Shown here: one piece after another, positions 9,752 through 17,508 of the stretch
Layout: every line of letters starts with the position of its first letter
Numbering within the stretch: the first letter of the stretch is position 1
From: Myxococcota bacterium
Lineage (GTDB): Bacteria > Myxococcota_A > UBA9160 > UBA4427
Direction of reading: 5' to 3'
NCBI GenBank assembly: GCA_036336835.1
Contig: JAYZFK010000073.1
Location: forward strand, 1-25,186
Length of the DNA: 25,186 bases
The notes under the pieces: model-generated
Told to the model about the DNA's origin: nothing
Databases searched by the model: none
The model's input: only the letters and a program-made list of their open reading frames with translations
Made by a program: the position numbers and the translations under genes

Positions 9752-10039
9752 CTAGTGTTGCGGCGTGCATTGGAAGCACGGCGGCGACTCGCCGCCTTTG
9801 CACTGCGAGCGCTCGCAGACCCCGAGCGGCCCCGTTGCAAGCTGGCATTGCACGCCGGACTCCGTGCAGTGCGCGGTCGGGCCGGTCGTCGAGGGGCCGA
9901 TGTCACAGGCGGCCGCTGCGAGCAACCACCCGAGGACGAGGGCGGCGCGAAGCGCCGATCGTGCGCACCTCGATGGATGCCGTACGCCGGGCTGGGAGCG
10001 GTCGGTGCGGGAGCACCATCGCCGGCTTCGGGATAGCAT
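9752..10039 (-). CDS. Small Cys-rich putative lipoprotein (about 95 aa; start uncertain)
   Basis: C-terminal part of track ORF 9752..10807. Hydrophobic LVLGWLLAAAAC lipobox-like segment followed by a 6-Cys mature region ending CFQCTPQH. Fills the gap between MFS and P450. ATG 10039 is the nearest in-frame start I found. Confidence 0.6.
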   Translation of the reverse strand: MLSRSRRWCSRTDRSQPGVRHPSRCARSALRAALVLGWLLAAAACDIGPSTTGPTAHCTESGVQCQLATGPLGVCERSQCKGGESPPCFQCTPQH

Positions 10040-10117
10040 TGGCGACGCCAGCGGGAACGGCGGAACCGATGCCCGGGCAGGCGAGTGCCGCGGGGCTCGA
10101 ACGCAGAGGCGCATCAG

Positions 10118-11326
10118 ATGATCCACTACGACCCCTTCGACGACGTCATGAAGGAGGATCCCTTTCCGGTGTACGCGCAGCTGCGCGCCGAGAGTCCGGT
10201 CCACTACGTCAAAGCGTACGATACCTGGGCGTTCGCGCTGTTCGAGGACGTCTGGAACGCGGGCCAGAACCCCGAGCTGTACCCGTCCCCCGGTCCCGCG
10301 CTGGGCACGATCGTCAACACGTCCTCGGACGAGGAGGCTCTCAACCGGGAATCGATGTTCGTGCTCAACCCGCCGTACCACACCCAGATTCGCAAGGCGC
10401 TGGCGAGTCTCTACAACCCGCGCGGCGTTGCGAAGCTCGAGGCCCACATTCGCGGCACGGTGGGGCGCTGCCTCGACCGCGAGCTCCCGACGGGCCGGAT
10501 GGACGTCATCTCGGACCTCGGTCTCCACGTCTCGGTCGAGGTGGCGTCGCTGCTGATCGGTCTGCCTCTCGAGGACTCGGACCTGCTCGTTTCGATCGTG
10601 CGACGCTTCTTCACCCGCGTGCCCGGCATTGACGGCATGCCGCCCGACGCGAGGGTCGCCTCGGCGGAGCTCAACGAGTACCTCCTGGAGGCCGCGAAGG
10701 ATCGGCGCAAGAAGGGAACACCGGGCGACGGCAGCGATGCCCTCGACGTGTTCATGAATCTCGAGGCCGACGAAGGCCCGCTCGACGACGAGCGGGTCTC
10801 CAGCCACCTACAGATCCTCGTGGTCGGTGGCACGGAGACGCTGCCCAAGGTCTTCGCCGGCGGAATCATCCAGCTGCACCGCCACCCGGACCAGCGGGCG
10901 GAGCTCGTCGCCGACCCGAGCCTGATCCCCACGGCCTTCCAGGAGATTGCGCGCTACGAGATGCCGACCCAGTTCCTGACCCGCACCGTGGGACGAGATC
11001 ACGAGCTGCGCGGACGAAAGCTCGCGGCGGGGCAGGGGGTGATGTTCCTGTACCGCTCCGCGAATCGCGATGCCAACGAGTTCGAGGACCCGGATCGCTT
11101 CGACATCCACCGCAAGGCGCAGCGGATCCTGTCCTTCGGCCAGGGCACCCACGTGTGCCTCGGCCAGCACGCGGCCAAGCTCGAGGCCAAGGTGCTCTAC
11201 GAAGAACTGCTCGCCGCGGTGCCGGAGTACCATCTCGACGAGAGTGAGGTCGTCCCCGAGCGCTCGGAGTTCGTGGCGGGCTACGTCTCGGTGCCCATCC
11301 ACTTCGAGCAAGGCTCGCGGGCGTAA
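10118..11326 (+). CDS. Cytochrome P450
   Basis: NPPYHT, I-helix VGGTET, EIAR (ExxR), SANRD, heme motif FGQGTHVCLG. Start at ATG 10118 (MIHYDPF). Confidence 0.96.
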   Translation: MIHYDPFDDVMKEDPFPVYAQLRAESPVHYVKAYDTWAFALFEDVWNAGQNPELYPSPGPALGTIVNTSSDEEALNRESMFVLNPPYHTQIRKALASLYNPRGVAKLEAHIRGTVGRCLDRELPTGRMDVISDLGLHVSVEVASLLIGLPLEDSDLLVSIVRRFFTRVPGIDGMPPDARVASAELNEYLLEAAKDRRKKGTPGDGSDALDVFMNLEADEGPLDDERVSSHLQILVVGGTETLPKVFAGGIIQLHRHPDQRAELVADPSLIPTAFQEIARYEMPTQFLTRTVGRDHELRGRKLAAGQGVMFLYRSANRDANEFEDPDRFDIHRKAQRILSFGQGTHVCLGQHAAKLEAKVLYEELLAAVPEYHLDESEVVPERSEFVAGYVSVPIHFEQGSRA

Positions 11327-11354
11327 CGTCCCCGGACGTCCAGCGGTCGCACCC

Positions 11355-13478
11355 CTAGCGGCGAGCCGCCTCCGCGGCCACTCGCGCCTGCTGCAGGACG
11401 AAGGCCTGGATGGCGCGCGTTTCGTTGGGCTCGAAGATGTCGTCGAACCTCGGCATGCCGGCCGGCTCGAGCATCCCGTCCAGCACGATGGCGGGGAAGA
11501 TCGCATGGGTCGCCGCCGTGCTGTAGCGCAGGTCGGGAACGCCCGATCCGCCGCCCACCGCCATCGGGCCGTGGCACACGGTGCAGTGCTCGGAGTAGAG
11601 CGCCAGGCCGATCTGCAGCTCTGCGTCCGTGGCGGCGACCTCGTAGCTGGGCATGGGGACCGGGCCCAGGGGCGCGCGCCCGGGCGGAAGCGGGGCCTGG
11701 CCGCCCAGCTTGAACGACAGCACACGGCCTCCGCCGCGCACGCCGGCCTTGAGCGCAGCGTCGCCGCCGCTGAGCGCGAACGACGCCCCCCAGCCCGCTG
11801 CGATGGCGACGTACTGTTCGCCGTCCACCTGGTAGGCGACGGGCCCCGCCATCACGCCGGTGCCGACCGGCGACTGCCACAGCGTCTTGCCGTCGGTGGC
11901 GCGGTACGCGACGAAGCGCCCGTCTGCGGACCCCTCGAACACCAGATTGCCGGCGGTCGAGAGCGTCCCGCCGTTGAACGCGGTGACGTGGGGCACCCGC
12001 CAGGCCTCGCGTCGTTTCACCGGATCCCAGGCGAGCAGGAAGGCTTCGACGGACAGGTCGACATCGGCGGCGGAGGTCGCGAAGGCCACGGTGTCGAGCC
12101 CCGTGTTCCAGTACCCGGGCTGGAACTCCCAGTCCTGGTTGGCCCCGAAGACCGAGCCCATGTCGCGCACCGGCAGGTAGACCAGGCCGGTTCCCGGATG
12201 GAAGCTCATGGGAGGCCAGCTGTGGACGCCGTAGGGACTCGGCTTGATGAACTTGGCCTCGTGGCGGTAGTCGCTGTCCCCTTCGATCGGTCGCCCGCTC
12301 TCGTCGATGCCCGTGGCCCAGGTGACCTCGACCACTGGATCGGCCGAGAGGAACTCGCCCGTCTCGCGGTCGAGCACGAAGAAGAAGCCGTTCTTCGGCA
12401 CCTGCATGATCACCTTGCGCAGCCGGCCCTCGATCTCGAGGTCCGCGAGCAGCAGCGGCTGGGTGGCGGTGTAGTCCCAGGAGTCGCCCGGGGTCGTCTG
12501 GTAGTACCAGGCGATCTCGCCCGTGTCGGGACGGAGAGCGAGGATCGAGGACAGATACAGGTTGTCGCCGCCGTCGGGGCTGCGCAGCCAGCGGGGATGC
12601 GGCGAGCCGTTGCCCGTTCCGACGTACAGCAGGCGCAGCTCGGGGTCGAACGCCATCCCGTCCCAGACGGTGCCGCCACCCCCGGCGCGCCACCACTCGC
12701 CGGTCCAGGTCTTGGCAGCCCGCTCCATGGCGGGAGACTCGAAGCCGTCGGCGGGGTTGCCGGGTACCGTGTGCGTGCGCCATACGAGCTCGCCCGTCTC
12801 GGCATCGTAGGCGGACACGTAGCCGCGGGCGCCCAGGTCGGCACCTGCGTTGCCGATCACCACCTTGCCCTCCACCACGCGCGGGGCCCCGGTGATCGAG
12901 TACGACCAGTCGCCCTCGACGGTCGAGGTGCTCCAGACGGGCTCGCCGCTTTCGCGGTCGAGCGCGAGCAGGCGACCGTCGAGTGTGCCGACGAAGAGCT
13001 TGTCGCCGTAGAGCGCGGCCCCGCGGTTCACCACGCCGCAGCAGATCTTGCGCGCGTGCGTTCGCGGCACCGCCGGGTCGTGGGTCCAGAGACGCTCGCC
13101 CGTGGCGGCGTCGAGCGCGTACACCACACTCCAGGGCGCCGTCACGTAGAACACGCCGTCGGCCACCAGTGGTGTGGACTCGACGCCGCGATCGCTCGCC
13201 AGGTCGAAGCTCCAAGCGAGCCCGAGCTCCGACACGTTGTGCTCGTCGATCTGGCGGAGCCGGCTGTAGCGCTGCTCCGCGTAGCTCCCGCCGTGGGTGA
13301 GCCAGCTCTCCGGTTCACTGGCCGCGGCGCGCAGCCGCGCGTCGTCGACCGGGCGCGTGGCGGCGGTTTGCGGTGCCTCGCTGCGCGAGGTCTCGGGTTC
13401 GGGCGCATCGCCGCACCCCGTCCCGATTGCCCACGCGGCGAGTAGCCACGCGATTGCTCTGCATCGTCGTCGCTGCAC
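11355..13478 (-). CDS. PQQ-dependent quinohemoprotein alcohol dehydrogenase (type II, C-terminal heme c), putative lipoprotein
   Basis: RYSRLRQI, vicinal CC (ICCGVVNRG), GTGNG, DNLYLSSI, WDYTATQP, PKNGFF, CTVCH heme site, PDLRY. GTG 13478 gives VQRRRCRAIAWLLAAWAIGTGC, a lipobox-like signal. Confidence 0.93.
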   Translation of the reverse strand: MQRRRCRAIAWLLAAWAIGTGCGDAPEPETSRSEAPQTAATRPVDDARLRAAASEPESWLTHGGSYAEQRYSRLRQIDEHNVSELGLAWSFDLASDRGVESTPLVADGVFYVTAPWSVVYALDAATGERLWTHDPAVPRTHARKICCGVVNRGAALYGDKLFVGTLDGRLLALDRESGEPVWSTSTVEGDWSYSITGAPRVVEGKVVIGNAGADLGARGYVSAYDAETGELVWRTHTVPGNPADGFESPAMERAAKTWTGEWWRAGGGGTVWDGMAFDPELRLLYVGTGNGSPHPRWLRSPDGGDNLYLSSILALRPDTGEIAWYYQTTPGDSWDYTATQPLLLADLEIEGRLRKVIMQVPKNGFFFVLDRETGEFLSADPVVEVTWATGIDESGRPIEGDSDYRHEAKFIKPSPYGVHSWPPMSFHPGTGLVYLPVRDMGSVFGANQDWEFQPGYWNTGLDTVAFATSAADVDLSVEAFLLAWDPVKRREAWRVPHVTAFNGGTLSTAGNLVFEGSADGRFVAYRATDGKTLWQSPVGTGVMAGPVAYQVDGEQYVAIAAGWGASFALSGGDAALKAGVRGGGRVLSFKLGGQAPLPPGRAPLGPVPMPSYEVAATDAELQIGLALYSEHCTVCHGPMAVGGGSGVPDLRYSTAATHAIFPAIVLDGMLEPAGMPRFDDIFEPNETRAIQAFVLQQARVAAEAARR

Positions 13479-13608
13479 GTCTGCTCCCCTCGATGATCGA
13501 TCGCGCGGCCTGCTCTGCTCGCGACACGGTGCGCGCGCGGGCTGCTGGATGCAATCGCGGCAACACCCGACGATCCGCGCCTGCTCGGCCACTAAGTCCC
13601 GCGGGAAC

Positions 13609-13677
13609 GGAAAAAGTTTTCCGTATTCCTGTTGCAAACTGGAATATGTTTTCCTTGGGACAGGGCAGAAGTTTGCC
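13609..13677. promoter_or_regulatory. Three related 14-bp dyad sites, candidate upstream activator sequences
   Basis: GGAAAAAGTTTTCC (13609-13622, inside the 8-bp-arm inverted repeat ACGGAAAA-AG-TTTTCCGT), GGAATATGTTTTCC (13641-13654) and GGCAGAAGTTTGCC (13664-13677), in a visibly AT-richer intergenic stretch. Confidence 0.55.
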
Positions 13678-13758
13678 AGCCAGGGGTCCCGAGCAATAAA
13701 ACCTTAATGATTTCGCAATGCGCTAGGATACGATCCAGGCGAGTTGGCGGCCAAAAGG

Positions 13759-13773
13759 TGGAACGGACATTGC
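13759..13773 (+). promoter_or_regulatory. Sigma54 (RpoN) -24/-12 promoter
   Basis: TGGAACG-GACA-TTGC versus consensus TGGCACG-N4-TTGC: one mismatch, exact GG-N10-GC spacing, oriented toward the 13990 gene. Confidence 0.75.
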
Positions 13774-13989
13774 GTGTCTTTTGAAATGGTTTGGCTGGGG
13801 CGGTGATGTCACCACGGTTGGCGAGAGCAGGCGGCTGTTACGCCAACGGTAGGACGAGATAGCGAGGATAGGGGGGCCGCCCCCACGCCAGCAAGCCTGC
13901 AAAGTATGGGATGAACTCTCTGGGGGAGGCAATGCGGACCGCGTCGGTCCCGAGCACCGGGCGGACGCTACTGCTGCGAGGAGAGAATC

Positions 13990-15597
13990 ATGTCCACGAC
14001 GATGACAGGCTGCGCTCAGAGGGTGCGGGTCGCGAACCTCACGGAGTATTGCTTCGCGTTGCTCGGTTTCTTCATTTGGTTCGCCCTGGTTGTCGGGGCG
14101 TCCTCGGCGAACGCGCAAGCGGACTACTCGGGCTCCGCAATCATCAACGAGCCCAACGGCTTTCCCGGTGTTTGCACGCAGCCGTGCTTCAGCATCGAGA
14201 AGAGCTTCGAAGTCTATCTGGACGGGAATCCCTCCGGACCGGGCGTCTGTGCCGCGGGTGACAACACCTACCTGTACACGCTGACCCACCTGGGCGGCAC
14301 GGGCCCGTTCGTCCCGGCGCTCACGAAGTTCTCCCTCTCGGTGGCCAACGCTGCCGTAAACGTCACGAGTGCCGGCTTCATCCCGGGAGTGCTCGATCCC
14401 AGCGCGACCGTGATCAGCACGACACTCGACGTCGTGGAGTGGGACTTCCTGGCGCCGCCAGTCGCGAATGGTCAGACCAGCAGCCAGCTCTTCGTCTGCT
14501 CACCGCTCCTCCCCGGCTCGAGCAGCGACAACCTCGTCTCTGTCGGTGGCCAGGCCAGCCTGGACGCGCCCGGAACCTGCGTCGGTCCCTTCGTCGAGCC
14601 GGTCAGCCAGTGCGATCTCAAGGTCGAGAAGTTCTGTGAGGTGGTCGGTGGCGGAGGCCCCGGTGACAAGGACAAGGACAAGGACTTCGACGGGACGCCG
14701 GATCCCCCGGACGAAGGCGATCAGGTCTGCAAGGGCCGGGTCAAGAGCCTGGTCTTCGAGTACACGGGTCTCGGCTGTGCAGCCAGCAACAACCCGCAAG
14801 GCTACGATCCGGAGCTGGTGACGGGGCGCAAGGGCAAGGCCCTGTGCCGCGGTGCCACCCGGCACGATACCGTCGGGGCCACCGGCCAGAACGGTGTGCG
14901 CATCCGGGTCAAGGACGGCAGGAAGCGCCTAACCTATCTGGATCAGTCCGACATCAACGTGGGTGACGAGGTCGTAGTCGAGGCCAGCGCGGTTGGTCGC
15001 AAGTCGCTCCGCGGCTCTCTGAAGGTCTGGATCTACGATTCGGCGGGAGCCCGGATCGAGCTCAACCGGTTCAAGTCGAATTGCCGCAAGGCGGAGTACC
15101 TCGGCGCTGGCGATCAGTACGGCAGCCTGCGGCTCAACGAGATCGTGCTGAAGGACGGTACGACGATCACCGTCGCCACCCTGACGCCGGAGCTGCCCGA
15201 GCTGGTCTCGGAGTGCACGGTGCCGCTGCCGCGGGTCGGTCTGGCCGGCGACAAGGACAAGGACAAGGACACCGATCCGAACCAGGGCGGTGACGTGACG
15301 TACACCTACCGGATCATGAACATCAGCCCGCCGGGAGGTGTGACGGCCACGGACATCACGGTCGTGGACGACGTGCTCGGGGTGGTTCCGGGGAGCCCGA
15401 TCGCCACGCTGGCTCCGGGCGCCACCGTGGATCTGATGGCCACACAGCTGATCACTGTGGACACCATCAATACCGTGACGGTGACGGGCAACCCGGGCAT
15501 GTGCATGGCCCAGGCTGCGGCGACCGTGCTGGTCGAGCAGCCGGCTGACGTGCCCGACAAGGACAAGGACAAGGACAAGGACAAGGACAACGACTAG
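13990..15597 (+). CDS. Secreted Cys-rich beta-sandwich protein with a DUF11/DUF7507-like Ig repeat, an inserted domain and three (DK)n blocks
   Basis: Signal peptide FALLGFFIWFALVVGASSANA-Q; DLKVEK...GDVTYTYRIMN...DITVVDDVLG...TLAPGAT...NTVTVTG; many Cys; C-terminal DKDKDKDKDKDND. Confidence 0.8.
   Translation: MSTTMTGCAQRVRVANLTEYCFALLGFFIWFALVVGASSANAQADYSGSAIINEPNGFPGVCTQPCFSIEKSFEVYLDGNPSGPGVCAAGDNTYLYTLTHLGGTGPFVPALTKFSLSVANAAVNVTSAGFIPGVLDPSATVISTTLDVVEWDFLAPPVANGQTSSQLFVCSPLLPGSSSDNLVSVGGQASLDAPGTCVGPFVEPVSQCDLKVEKFCEVVGGGGPGDKDKDKDFDGTPDPPDEGDQVCKGRVKSLVFEYTGLGCAASNNPQGYDPELVTGRKGKALCRGATRHDTVGATGQNGVRIRVKDGRKRLTYLDQSDINVGDEVVVEASAVGRKSLRGSLKVWIYDSAGARIELNRFKSNCRKAEYLGAGDQYGSLRLNEIVLKDGTTITVATLTPELPELVSECTVPLPRVGLAGDKDKDKDTDPNQGGDVTYTYRIMNISPPGGVTATDITVVDDVLGVVPGSPIATLAPGATVDLMATQLITVDTINTVTVTGNPGMCMAQAAATVLVEQPADVPDKDKDKDKDKDND
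14665..14685 (+). repeat. (GACAAG)3GAC coding microsatellite, copy 1
   Basis: Read directly; encodes DKDKDKD. Confidence 0.9.
15250..15270 (+). repeat. (GACAAG)3GAC coding microsatellite, copy 2
   Basis: Read directly; identical 21-mer to copy 1, in the same frame (585 bp apart). Confidence 0.9.
15556..15594 (+). repeat. (GACAAG)5GACAACGAC coding microsatellite, copy 3
   Basis: Read directly; ends immediately before TAG. Confidence 0.9.
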
Positions 15598-15609
15598 TCG
15601 AGTCCTGGA

Positions 15610-15648
15610 GCGTTCGGCGCGGTGCCCTCCCCCCCCCGCGCCGAACGC
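15610..15648 (+). terminator. Strong hairpin after the DK-repeat gene (terminator or mRNA-stabilising stem)
   Basis: Perfect 13-bp stem GCGTTCGGCGCGG / CCGCGCCGAACGC with a 13-nt C-rich loop, 12 nt after the stop; no U-tract. Confidence 0.6.
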
Positions 15649-15701
15649 GGTCCTGCTCTCCCGCCCTCCGCGATTCGAGGGCGATTCGAGGCCTGCCAGC
15701 C

Positions 15702-16595
15702 GTGTCGACTGCACGTTCGCCCTGGGCGGTCCTGACGCTCGCGCTGCTCCTGGCCGCGGCCTGCAGCCAGGAAGTCGAGCGGCGCGCGAGCCCTCTAACG
15801 GCACTGCAGGCCCTGATCGAGGGCGCGACTCCCCTTCCCTTCGAGCGGGTTGGAGACGAGGACGACGAGGCGGCGATCGACTTTCCCGAGTCGTCGGGGC
15901 TCACCTATCACCCCTTGCGCAAGACGCTGTTCACGGTGAGCGATGACGGGCACATCGGAGAGTTTCGCACCGATGGAACCCTGGTCCAGCGTCGGCACCT
16001 GCTGTTCGAGGACTTCGAGGGCATCACCGCTCACTCGCAGACAGGACTGCTCTACCTCGCGATCGAGGGGCGGGACAACGTGCTCGAGGTCGATCCCGAA
16101 GGGCTGGTGATCCGGCGCGAGTACGATCTGCAGCGCGTCTTCGAGGGACGCAAGCTCTTCCAGCTCGGCGGCGAAGGCATCGAGGCCATCGCCTTCGTAC
16201 CGGACCCCGCGCATCCGGAGGGGGGCACCTTCTTCGTGCTGAACCGCAGCCGCCACCCGAAGGACCTCGACGATCCGCCGCTCGTCCTCGAGTTCGAGCT
16301 GCCCTTGTCGAGCACGTCGAACGGCGAGCTCGAGGGTCAGATCCGCAGCTATGCGCGCCTGCAGGTCACCGAGCTGTCCGGTCTCCACTACGACGCGGAC
16401 GCGGATCGGCTCTACGCCGTCAGCGACGACCACAAGCTCCTGCTGGAGCTGACCCGCGGCGGCAAGATCGTGAACGTGCACGATCTTCCGGCTGAGGACC
16501 CGGAGGGCATCGCGATGGACGGGGACTTCCTCTACATCGCGCAGGACTCGGAAGGCATCGTGAAGTTCCGACCCACGGAAGCCCTGGAGCGCTAG
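15702..16595 (+). CDS. SdiA-regulated / YjiK-like beta-propeller lipoprotein
   Basis: Lipobox LLLAAAC; repeated blade motifs ESSGLTY, DFEGIT, GIEAIAF, ELSGLHY, DPEGIAM, LYIAQD. Confidence 0.85.
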   Translation: MSTARSPWAVLTLALLLAAACSQEVERRASPLTALQALIEGATPLPFERVGDEDDEAAIDFPESSGLTYHPLRKTLFTVSDDGHIGEFRTDGTLVQRRHLLFEDFEGITAHSQTGLLYLAIEGRDNVLEVDPEGLVIRREYDLQRVFEGRKLFQLGGEGIEAIAFVPDPAHPEGGTFFVLNRSRHPKDLDDPPLVLEFELPLSSTSNGELEGQIRSYARLQVTELSGLHYDADADRLYAVSDDHKLLLELTRGGKIVNVHDLPAEDPEGIAMDGDFLYIAQDSEGIVKFRPTEALER

Positions 16596-16665
16596 CCGCG
16601 ATCGGCTCCTGCCAGCAAGCTCTGGGATCGGCCAGCGAGTACTCTCGCTTCGAGGAGGTGTCTCG

Positions 16666-17508
16666 ATGGGCTCCAGGGTTGGCCTTGCGCTCGCGACCGG
16701 AGCCAGCTTGATCGTCGGCTTCGTCGTCTACCGGTGGCTCCAGCCCGGGATGCCCGCCGAGCGCACGGTCGGGCCGGCGCCCGCGTCCGAGGCGATCGCC
16801 CGCGAGCGGCCGGAGCCCGTCGAGGCCCGCACCGGGGAGCCGCCGGTCCGTTCGTTCGACCTCGCGGGAGACGAGCTCGAGGCTGCGCTTCCCGAGCTGG
16901 TGAAGCTGGCGCGCGCGGGGGACGAAGGCGCATTCGACGCGATCCGTCGCGGGCTCGAGGATCCGGGAAATCAGGCGCGCGAGAGATCGGTCCTGGCGGC
17001 CGGTGCCGTCGGTGACCGCTCGGTCGTCGCGCTGCTCGCGCCGCTGGTTTGGGATCCGGACTCGGATGTCCGAGAGGGACTGGTCAAGGCGCTGGTCAAG
17101 CTCGGTGGCCCCGAGACCAAGCCGCTGCTGGTGGATCTCGCGCAGGACTCGGATCCCGACGTCGCCGAGGACGCCATACAGGCGCTCGTATCGGCGCACT
17201 ACACCCCGGCGATCTCCACCATCCAGGAGGTGCTGGCTCGGGGGAATCCGAACGTCGCGGTCAAGGCGGCGAGTGCGCTGCGTCAGCTGGGCGACGATGC
17301 CTCGGCGGACGCAGCCCTGGCGCGTGTTGCCCGGGGCCTGGACAGCCCGAGCGCCATCGCGAGGCGCGAGGCGGTCGGGGACATCCGCACCATCGGAGGC
17401 AGACAGGCCCTGACCTATCTGCGGCGCGCGCTCGAAGACTCCGAGCAGGCGATCCGGCGCGAAGCGGCCAGAGCGATCACCGCCGTCAGCAAGTCGCTCG
17501 ATCCATGA
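16666..17508 (+). CDS. Membrane-anchored HEAT-repeat protein
   Basis: GGAGG RBS; N-terminal TM helix; repeats DPDSDVREGLVKAL, DSDPDVAEDAIQAL, DSEQAIRREAARAI. Confidence 0.85.
   Translation: MGSRVGLALATGASLIVGFVVYRWLQPGMPAERTVGPAPASEAIARERPEPVEARTGEPPVRSFDLAGDELEAALPELVKLARAGDEGAFDAIRRGLEDPGNQARERSVLAAGAVGDRSVVALLAPLVWDPDSDVREGLVKALVKLGGPETKPLLVDLAQDSDPDVAEDAIQALVSAHYTPAISTIQEVLARGNPNVAVKAASALRQLGDDASADAALARVARGLDSPSAIARREAVGDIRTIGGRQALTYLRRALEDSEQAIRREAARAITAVSKSLDP

Noticed and set aside
11326..11339. ACGTCC-CC-GGACGT dyad between convergent stops
   Set aside because: Too short and no U-tract; could be chance in GC-rich DNA.
12468..12479. Possible lanthanide-dependent dehydrogenase
   Set aside because: Motif is WDYT, not the D-x-D of XoxF/ExaF/PedH.
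11070..13445. 791-aa + ORF and 644-aa alternate-frame - ORF
   Set aside because: They overlap the motif-rich PQQ dehydrogenase and have shadow-type composition with no family motifs.
13693..13716. Possible IHF site in the AT-rich spacer
   Set aside because: Only a partial match to WATCAANNNNTTR on either strand.
14665..15594. GACAAG repeats as a CRISPR array or mobile-element ends
   Set aside because: In-frame coding microsatellites with no spacer periodicity, cas gene or transposase.
17049..17504. N-terminal extension of the TauD ORF, and similar extensions of track ORFs 2156..3016, 20518..22221 and 22753..24120
   Set aside because: They overlap upstream real genes; coupled or RBS-supported internal starts explain the layout better.
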